A DNA stretch of 64,000 bases from a virus. This document shows, in pieces, positions 57,327 through 64,000 of the stretch. Position numbers and translations under genes: made by a program. A model generated the notes under the pieces. That model worked only from the letters and a program-made list of their open reading frames with translations, was not told the DNA's origin and searched no databases. Location of the stretch: positions 1 to 64,000 of IMG/VR virus record IMGVR_UViG_3300036770_003738. One strand, written 5' to 3'. Every line of letters starts with the position of its first letter. Position 1 is the first letter of the stretch.

Positions 57327-58472
57327 ATGGGCAGTTTTGGCCAAGACTTCGCTAAAGGTTTTTTTGGCACCGACAGCTTGCGTGATTATACTCACGCAAG
57401 CCGGGTGTTTACCACCAATGCTTACGAACTTAAACCCAGGTTCAAGTTCCTTTTTCACGTGAGCTTCACAGTCAATTATCAGCAGATTCCTGCACTCAAA
57501 GGTGCTATGGACATTGATGATTTGACCAATATCAGCTACACAGTCAAAACAGTAGACCTTCCCAAGTACAATATCAGCCACGAGTACATGAATCAGTACA
57601 ATCGTAAAAGATTAGTACAGACCAAGATCAATTACGATCCAATAACTCTCACATTTCACGATGACGGCAGCGATACAGTGCGCAACATGTGGTACAACTA
57701 CTACAGTTACTACTACAAAGATGCCAGCCAAAAATACGGCAGTACTCCTAATGCTAATGGCAGCATAGGCGCCAGTCAAAACCAGCAGAATGGCTTTGGT
57801 GGCTGGGAACGAGACATTTATTCAGACAATCGTCAGGTAAACGACTGGGGCTATATCGGTGAAGCCATGAACGATGGCACTAATAGCAGTTTGTCAGGAA
57901 CCAGCGGTAAGCCTCCATTTTTTAGAGACATTAGAATTTATGGATTTGATACCAACCACAAATACGCTGAGTATGTGCTGATCAATCCTATCATTACCAA
58001 CTGGGCCCACGACCAGTACGACTACAGTGCTAGCAATGGCATCATGCAAAACTCCATGACTATTGCTTACGAAAGTATCAAGTACTATACTGGTGCTCCT
58101 AACAAGAGTGCAGTAGGCTTTGGCAAACCTGAACATTATGATACCACTCGCAGTCCTATCGCACGAGCAGGATCAACTAATAGCATATTTGGTCAAGGAG
58201 GTCTACTTGATGTAATTGGCGGAGTAAGCGAAGACTTGCAGTCAGGGTCAGTGCTAGGCGTGATCGGCGCTGTGCAAAAAGCAGGTACATTCTACAACAC
58301 CAACAAACAAAACGGTGGCCTAAAAACTCTAGTGGCCAGTGAAGCTGCGGCCCTAGGCAAAGACGTTATCAAAGGTGCGCTGCCCACTGCTACTCGAGCA
58401 GCAGCCAACCGCGCTGACGGCTGGATATTCCCTACACCGCAGGCCACACGATCAACTAATACAGGCAATTAA
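57327..58472 (+). CDS. Tail tube-fold paralogue (gp19/gp54-like)
   Basis: VKT.DLP.Y, YNRKR, Y.PI..TFHDD, L.NP.IT...D..DY, M...YE. Confidence 0.6.
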   Translation: MGSFGQDFAKGFFGTDSLRDYTHASRVFTTNAYELKPRFKFLFHVSFTVNYQQIPALKGAMDIDDLTNISYTVKTVDLPKYNISHEYMNQYNRKRLVQTKINYDPITLTFHDDGSDTVRNMWYNYYSYYYKDASQKYGSTPNANGSIGASQNQQNGFGGWERDIYSDNRQVNDWGYIGEAMNDGTNSSLSGTSGKPPFFRDIRIYGFDTNHKYAEYVLINPIITNWAHDQYDYSASNGIMQNSMTIAYESIKYYTGAPNKSAVGFGKPEHYDTTRSPIARAGSTNSIFGQGGLLDVIGGVSEDLQSGSVLGVIGAVQKAGTFYNTNKQNGGLKTLVASEAAALGKDVIKGALPTATRAAANRADGWIFPTPQATRSTNTGN

Positions 58473-58474
58473 TA

Positions 58475-58837
58475 ATGAGCACAGTGAATGAAGTTAACAC
58501 AAACCTTGGACAAACTGTGCGGGTGTTTGATTCTTTTTATGCATTTGACGTAAATGTTCCAGCAGCAGAATATGATGTGGTGTTTAGTTTCTTTCAGAAA
58601 GAAATGACCACTCGCAAAGCTGCTGGCAACTTCACTGTGAGCCTGTTTAGAGTAGCACAAGAAACTGGAATCCCTCCACTGACGCTGCTGAGCCAGTTCC
58701 AAGGAACAGGGGCGGGCGTGTCCATGGATGTGCAGTTGGCCTACTACTTGAATCAGATTCGCAACCGTGCTACCTTGTTGGGTGTAGGAGTAGCTGTACA
58801 GCCCAACTATTATCCAGCTAGAGCAGTACTAGAATGA
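58475..58837 (+). CDS. Hypothetical protein
   Basis: 120-aa ORF tightly coupled within the tail operon. Confidence 0.7.
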   Translation: MSTVNEVNTNLGQTVRVFDSFYAFDVNVPAAEYDVVFSFFQKEMTTRKAAGNFTVSLFRVAQETGIPPLTLLSQFQGTGAGVSMDVQLAYYLNQIRNRATLLGVGVAVQPNYYPARAVLE

Positions 58838-59265
58838 GTCACTGGGCACAAGGCAACTACGACATTGTTAACCGTGCCAAGTATGTGGGCAAAGGCACGC
58901 CCAGATATCGTTCAGGCTGGGAACTTAGCTTCATGCGCTTTTGTGACACCAACGACAACATCCTGCAATGGGCCAGCGAAAGCATTGCTATTCCCTACAA
59001 GCACCCACTCACAGGCAAGATGACTCAGTACATTCCTGACTTCTTGATCACATATCGCACCAGAAACAACACTGTGCGAGCCGAGCTGATTGAGATCAAG
59101 CCCAAGAAACAAAGTGTGATTGAATCAAAAATGAGCAGCCGAGATCGGGCTGTGGTTGCAATCAACTATGCCAAATGGGACGCTGCAACCAAATGGGCTC
59201 AACGCAACGGCTTGAGCTTTAGAGTGATCACCGAAGATCAAATGTTCCACAACGGTCGAGGCTAA
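58834..59265 (+). CDS. gp4: Head completion nuclease (TnsA-like PD-(D/E)XK)
   Basis: YRS.WE..FM..CD.N..I..W.SE, Y.PDF, EIKP, N.AKW, F.V.TE. Confidence 0.88.
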   Translation: MSHWAQGNYDIVNRAKYVGKGTPRYRSGWELSFMRFCDTNDNILQWASESIAIPYKHPLTGKMTQYIPDFLITYRTRNNTVRAELIEIKPKKQSVIESKMSSRDRAVVAINYAKWDAATKWAQRNGLSFRVITEDQMFHNGRG

Positions 59266-59280
59266 GCCACTAAATATGGC

Positions 59281-59781
59281 ATGACACGCAAACTCGAAGA
59301 GCTTTTTGACCTCCCTCCAACCACAGAAGAAGTAGACGCTTCCTTACCTGAACTACCTGCCAATCGTGAAACTCTTGCAGCACTAGACGCTGCTATAGAC
59401 AAGATTGACGAAGCGCTGCCTGCTGTTCGTGGCCTGGAATCAACCGACACCGAAATGGATGAACTGGCGGGACTAGCAACTGGCAGCTACAAAGATCTCA
59501 TGGATCTGGGCATGCAGGTTGACAGTCGTTTTGCTAGTGAAATCTTTTCAGTAGCATCAAACATGCTGGGCCATGCTATCACAGCAAAAACCGCCAAACT
59601 GGACAAAAAACTCAAGATGATTGATCTACAGTTGAAGAAAATGCGCCTGGATCAAACAGCCAAACCCGAAGGCGAAGACGGCACAGGCCCCATGCAAACA
59701 GCACAAGGCGTGGTTTTAAGCCGCAACGATTTGTTGGATAGAATCGTGGGTCGTAAAGATCAAAACGATCAAAAAGAATAA
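59281..59781 (+). CDS. Helical protein, possibly terminase small subunit (gp16-like)
   Basis: 166-aa helical protein with a C-terminal 'SRNDLL' segment reminiscent of gp16; late promoter. Confidence 0.4.
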   Translation: MTRKLEELFDLPPTTEEVDASLPELPANRETLAALDAAIDKIDEALPAVRGLESTDTEMDELAGLATGSYKDLMDLGMQVDSRFASEIFSVASNMLGHAITAKTAKLDKKLKMIDLQLKKMRLDQTAKPEGEDGTGPMQTAQGVVLSRNDLLDRIVGRKDQNDQKE

Positions 59782-59801
59782 ATATAGCATAGGATACTGA
59801 C

Positions 59802-60410
59802 ATGAAACCATTTGCAAAATACCTAGCCGAAAGCGAACGCACATACAACTATCGAATCAAGATGGTTGGAGATGTTCCTGCTGGCTTTATCAAAGACCTA
59901 GAAGGCAAGCTGGCACAGTTTGACGTTGTAACAATGAGCAAACCTAAGACTAGTCCAGTGCGTAAAGAAATCCCAGACTTTCCTGCGTTCCCAAATCAAA
60001 GTATGACCATTGTGGATGTGGAGTTCAAGTACCCTGCTATTGAACCACAGATCAAGCAGTTGGCACAGCTCTTAGGCTTTGACCCTAACCGTATTGTAAT
60101 GAATACCACTCCTTACGAAGAAAGTCTCAATAGAGAAAGTGCTAAAATTGGCGAACAAAATCAGGACCTGTTAACCAACACAGACTATCCTGCTGACGAC
60201 GCCGAGCAACGTGCTTTGATCAAAGATTATAGTGCAGAACCGCATGATCACGTGGTACTGAAAAATGCTTATCGCAGTGATTTCACTGTAGCTGGTGGCA
60301 AGACCGCCCCAGCAAAAACCACAAATGATTTGCCAATGGGTGACAAAAGTCCAATCAGCAACATCAAGCGTCCACCAAAACCAGCTACTGGTGCCCAACC
60401 CCGAGGATAA
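59802..60410 (+). CDS. Hypothetical virion protein (MK.F..YL.E N-terminus)
   Basis: N-terminus resembles a T4 capsid-targeting sequence (MKT(Y/F)..F/Y..E); TAAATA at 59779. Confidence 0.65.
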   Translation: MKPFAKYLAESERTYNYRIKMVGDVPAGFIKDLEGKLAQFDVVTMSKPKTSPVRKEIPDFPAFPNQSMTIVDVEFKYPAIEPQIKQLAQLLGFDPNRIVMNTTPYEESLNRESAKIGEQNQDLLTNTDYPADDAEQRALIKDYSAEPHDHVVLKNAYRSDFTVAGGKTAPAKTTNDLPMGDKSPISNIKRPPKPATGAQPRG

Positions 60411-60414
60411 TAAA

Positions 60415-62151
60415 ATGACATTTTTCTACGATATCAATAAAAAACTGCAACAAGTTTTAGAAACACCCAAGAGTGTACATCAGAATCTTAACGAAGGCAA
60501 TCTTAAATCAGCATCAACTGCTGCACTAAAAGCTGCTGCTAGTAAAGACGCAGAAGCCGATAAAAAATCAGGAGTATCTGCGCAATATTCAACTAAGCAA
60601 GTTAAGGATGAACTTAAAAAGCGTGATGTCGAAGAAGGCATCGGCGACGTAGTTCGCAAAGGTGTTGATATTGCCAAGAAAGTTGGCAGCAAAGCTCTTG
60701 ACACATTAGGCCATGGCAGCGACGAAGACATGCTACGTGACTTGCAAAAGAAAGCTGGTGTACCGCAAACTGGTAAGAAGCCCGAGCAAGCCAAAGAAGG
60801 TGTTGACAAAGAAGCATTTGCTGCTCTAGCTGAACCTAAAGACAAAATCACTTTTGCTGACAAGATTGCTGGCGCCAAGAAAGAAGTTGACGAAATGTTA
60901 GGTGACGTTGCTGCTGAAGCAATGAAATCTGCTGTAGCTAATCGTAAAATTGCTGGTAAACGTTATGGCGGCGCTGCACAGTCCGATGACGAGCCGCAAG
61001 CTAAACCTGAAGCACCACGCGGTCGTGGCCGCCCTAAGAAGCCCACTGACACTGAGCAAGGCGCTGATCTCAAGCCAGACTGGTCTGCCTTTGGTATTAA
61101 GAAAGTTAAGTTGCCAGCACACAAAGGTGCTGTAACCAAGCATACACTAAGTGATAAAGAACCAGGCGAAAAAGTTAAAGAAGCCGACGATAGTCAAATC
61201 AAAGCTGCTATCAAAATGCTGAAGAAAGCCGGTTACTCAGTCGAGAAAGCCGAAGAACTAGAAGAAAAAGCAGTAAGCAAGAAGCAACAAAAGTTCATGG
61301 GCATGGTCCACGCTGCACAAAAGGGTGAAAAGCCTGGCAGCAAGGAAGTTGCCAAAGTAGCCAAGAGCATGGGCAAGAAAGATGCAGAAGATTTTGCTGC
61401 TACCAAGCACAAAGGCCTGCCAGAAAAAGCTCCTAAGAAAAAAGACGAAGCCGCTGACAAGTCTGCAGAGAAGCCAAAGAAGGCCAAGAAAGAAAAGACT
61501 GAAGAAGCCGGCGGTACTGGTACTCCTACTGCAAGCAGCGGATTCGGATTTGGTCAAGGCATCTACGACAGCCTGAATCGTGAAGTCGAAACAATGATTT
61601 CTGAAAGCATGAACATTAGCATGAACATGACAAATGATTCAAATGGTGGCCCACAACAAAGTCTAACAGTAACTGCTACTGAGGATGATGCGATTAAGCT
61701 GGCTTCTCTCTTAAAAATGGCCGGCGTTGGTCAAAGCAAGTTGGCCCCAGAATATGGCGAAGTTGAAGTAGTTGACGAGAATAGCCCAGACTGGCCAACA
61801 GACACAGAAACTAGTGACGATGCTTTGCAGTACGCAGGCGGTCTAAACAAGCCAAAATCAACTGGTCAAACTACTACTCCTATCATTCACACCAGTGATG
61901 AAGAGCGCCAATACACTTATGCTGAAGCAGAAGAAGATGCTATCAAGCGCATGATGGAAATGGCTGGCATTGCTGAAGCTAAAAAAGTTGAAGAAGATGA
62001 CGTTGAAGAAGGTAATAAGTTCACCGGCAACTTAGCTAAAGCTCGTGCTGCTGGTAAAAAAGAAGCTGATCTCGATGGCGATGGTGACATGGAAAAAGTG
62101 CAAGAAAGCATTTTTTCTTTAACCAACTTGTGGAAAGCATACAAAGGCTAA
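60415..62151 (+). CDS. Lys/Glu-rich probable internal head protein containing a DUF3008-like module
   Basis: Start MTFFYD at 60415 (GAGGA SD); module KAVSKKQQKFMG...SM...DAEDFA.TKHKGLPEK; many (L/V)-x-E sites. Confidence 0.65.
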   Translation: MTFFYDINKKLQQVLETPKSVHQNLNEGNLKSASTAALKAAASKDAEADKKSGVSAQYSTKQVKDELKKRDVEEGIGDVVRKGVDIAKKVGSKALDTLGHGSDEDMLRDLQKKAGVPQTGKKPEQAKEGVDKEAFAALAEPKDKITFADKIAGAKKEVDEMLGDVAAEAMKSAVANRKIAGKRYGGAAQSDDEPQAKPEAPRGRGRPKKPTDTEQGADLKPDWSAFGIKKVKLPAHKGAVTKHTLSDKEPGEKVKEADDSQIKAAIKMLKKAGYSVEKAEELEEKAVSKKQQKFMGMVHAAQKGEKPGSKEVAKVAKSMGKKDAEDFAATKHKGLPEKAPKKKDEAADKSAEKPKKAKKEKTEEAGGTGTPTASSGFGFGQGIYDSLNREVETMISESMNISMNMTNDSNGGPQQSLTVTATEDDAIKLASLLKMAGVGQSKLAPEYGEVEVVDENSPDWPTDTETSDDALQYAGGLNKPKSTGQTTTPIIHTSDEERQYTYAEAEEDAIKRMMEMAGIAEAKKVEEDDVEEGNKFTGNLAKARAAGKKEADLDGDGDMEKVQESIFSLTNLWKAYKG

Positions 62152-62153
62152 TC

Positions 62154-62321
62154 ATGACATACAAGCCGTACAATGAAAATCTAACAACACCTACTCAGCA
62201 GAACCCACACAGTCCTGCTACCGGTGGGTTCAAGCAACAACCAGTTGAGATTCCTGGCGTACTACATCAGACACGTCAGTTGTTTCAACCAGTGGTTGCT
62301 CAGCCCAAGGATAACAAATAA
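62154..62321 (+). CDS. Small hypothetical protein
   Basis: MTYKPY... fills the gap between coupled genes. Confidence 0.55.
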   Translation: MTYKPYNENLTTPTQQNPHSPATGGFKQQPVEIPGVLHQTRQLFQPVVAQPKDNK

Positions 62322-62611
62322 TGGCTAACGTTTATACCTCACTAGCTAACGCAACAGTTTACACAGATAAACTGAGCATTGCCACAGGCAACACTGCAGT
62401 AACTTACAACGTGTATGCTGTGGCCCTAGGCACCGCTGATCCAGTAGGTAACCTGTACAGTGCTGCAGTTCAGATTCCTGCCAATAATGTACGAGAAGTT
62501 TATACTGGAGCTGGCAACAAGGTTACAGTGACTGGATCAAACTGGACAGCTACTGAACTTGGTACTGCAAGTTCTGCTACAGCCAGCATCTACAACGCCG
62601 CGGGCAACTGA
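62321..62611 (+). CDS. Small structural-type hypothetical protein
   Basis: 96 aa, Thr/Ala-rich, AAGGA SD. Confidence 0.65.
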   Translation: MANVYTSLANATVYTDKLSIATGNTAVTYNVYAVALGTADPVGNLYSAAVQIPANNVREVYTGAGNKVTVTGSNWTATELGTASSATASIYNAAGN

Positions 62612-62613
62612 GC

Positions 62614-62985
62614 ATGAGATCAAGAGAGTTTGTATCAGAGCAAAAAGTTGGCGACATTGGCAAACGCAAAAGTGTAGCCACAGTGGGTCTCAACAAGTTT
62701 AGAGATCAACAGTTTGCTGACCGTGTGTACGAACTCAATCGTGTGATGATGGCAGTAGCCACAACTGACGGAACTAATCCAGCAACTATTGACAGCGAGT
62801 CATGGGCAGGACGCAACAATATTGCTGCTCCGTATACCAAAGTTGAACAAGACATGCTGAAAAAAGCTTTTCAGGCAGTAGGTAGTCACCATGTGGATAT
62901 CAACAACGGTGACCTTGACTCAGAAGAACTACCGAGCACTAATACACAAAGTCCTGTAAAAGCATTCAAAGGTTATCCAAGATGA
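62614..62985 (+). CDS. Hypothetical protein (MR..EF..E N-terminus)
   Basis: 123-aa ORF coupled to its neighbours. Confidence 0.65.
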   Translation: MRSREFVSEQKVGDIGKRKSVATVGLNKFRDQQFADRVYELNRVMMAVATTDGTNPATIDSESWAGRNNIAAPYTKVEQDMLKKAFQAVGSHHVDINNGDLDSEELPSTNTQSPVKAFKGYPR

Positions 62986-63419
62986 AAAAACTTCTAGCAC
63001 TGTTGTTGCTGGCACCTGTCCTAGTCCTAGCACAACCTAAACAAAAACCTGGCGTGACTTATGACGCTGTGATCACACGAGTAATTGATGGTGACACAGT
63101 AGGTATCCAAGCCGCGTGGTTGCCGGCACCTCTCAAACCAGAACTCAGCATTCGTGTATTTGGTGTAGATACTCCTGAAAAAGGACACCGTGCACAGTGC
63201 GCCAGCGAAGATCAGCGCGGACAAGCAGCCACAGCGTTTACTAAACAAGCCGTTGCCAGCAGCCAAAAGCGACAGATCGTGCTCATGTCCTGGGACAAGT
63301 ATGGCGGCCGAGTATTGGGAGACGTGATTCTAGACGGCAAGAGCCTGCGCCAAGGACTGATTGCCAACGGGTTTGCTCGTGAATATTACGGCGAAGCCAA
63401 AACATCTTGGTGCCAATAA
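62982..63419 (+). CDS. Thermonuclease (SNase-like) with signal peptide
   Basis: VIDGDT, IR..GVDTPE, DKYG.R.L, L...G.A motifs; MKK plus hydrophobic stretch and VLA/Q cleavage-like site. Confidence 0.9.
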   Translation: MKKLLALLLLAPVLVLAQPKQKPGVTYDAVITRVIDGDTVGIQAAWLPAPLKPELSIRVFGVDTPEKGHRAQCASEDQRGQAATAFTKQAVASSQKRQIVLMSWDKYGGRVLGDVILDGKSLRQGLIANGFAREYYGEAKTSWCQ

Positions 63420-63437
63420 CTCGCCCGTAAATACGGG

Positions 63438-64000
63438 ATGAGCAATTTTTATTGTGCGGCCCCTTGGCGCGGTCTGCATATCAATCCCCAAGGAAGTATT
63501 AAGACTTGCTGTGCTGGCAATCCGCACATGCTTGGAAACCTCAACGACCTTGATATCGAACAAGCACTTAACAGCGAAAAAGCACAAGAAATACGTGCAA
63601 GCTTGTCTCAAGGTAAACCGCACGAGTATTGTAGTAATTGTGTTAAGGCTGAGAGGTTTGGCGCCGAAAGCGAACGTCACTGGCACAACAGAGTAAATCC
63701 TGACTTTGACCGTGCTTCAGCTGGCTCCGATTATCATTATCCTGTAATTGTGGATGTGCGATGGAACACCACATGCAATCTCAGTTGTAATTACTGTGAC
63801 CCAGCCAACAGCTCAAAATGGGCAAGTCTAAGACATATACCTTTTAAAAGTCAGAGCCGCCCATATTATGAACAAGTGTGTGACTTCCTAGAGCAACATA
63901 ACAATCACATACACGAAGTTGCACTAGTTGGTGGCGAACCATTGTTGTTACCTGAAAATGAACGACTGCTAGATGTTATACCTAATGATTGTATTGTGAC
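63438..64000 (+). CDS. Radical SAM protein with N-terminal SPASM/Twitch-like domain (partial; missed by the ORF track)
   Basis: Manual translation: MSNFYCAAPW...G.IKTCC...CSNC...CNLSCNYC...SSKW...GGEP; open to the window end. Confidence 0.88.
   Translation, partial: MSNFYCAAPWRGLHINPQGSIKTCCAGNPHMLGNLNDLDIEQALNSEKAQEIRASLSQGKPHEYCSNCVKAERFGAESERHWHNRVNPDFDRASAGSDYHYPVIVDVRWNTTCNLSCNYCDPANSSKWASLRHIPFKSQSRPYYEQVCDFLEQHNNHIHEVALVGGEPLLLPENERLLDVIPNDCIV

Noticed and set aside
1-64000. Stop-codon reassignment (the gene ends I checked are TAA or TGA)
   Set aside because: Core genes translate full length in the standard code with high coding density, so recoding is not needed

Overview
A 64-kb segment of a large T4-like (myovirus) bacteriophage genome in the standard genetic code. 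It carries most of the morphogenesis genes: baseplate hub/spike, tape measure, portal gp20, protease gp21, scaffold gp22, major capsid gp23, neck gp13/gp14, gp15, sheath gp18, tube gp19, gp4 and several very long Gly/Asn/Thr-rich fibre proteins. It also carries the late sigma factor gp55 and gp47/gp46. Interleaved with these are accessory enzymes: glycosyltransferase-like proteins, radical SAM proteins, an SGNH hydrolase, a Nudix hydrolase and a secreted thermonuclease. The most notable unexplained signals are: (1) a ~450-nt, densely base-paired, probably pseudoknotted non-coding region directly after a catalytic-domain-only GIY-YIG nuclease; (2) a four-gene cassette with an amidinotransferase and an ATE1/Bpt-like aminoacyl-transferase, coupled to tail-assembly genes; (3) a -1 slippery site joining two tail/baseplate chaperone ORFs; (4) many apparently leaderless late transcripts and promoter-in-hairpin RBS switches; (5) two further small structured RNA candidates; (6) a possible late-expressed virion glycosylation or modification system. 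All protein calls come from motif recognition and gene context by eye; no database searches were run.
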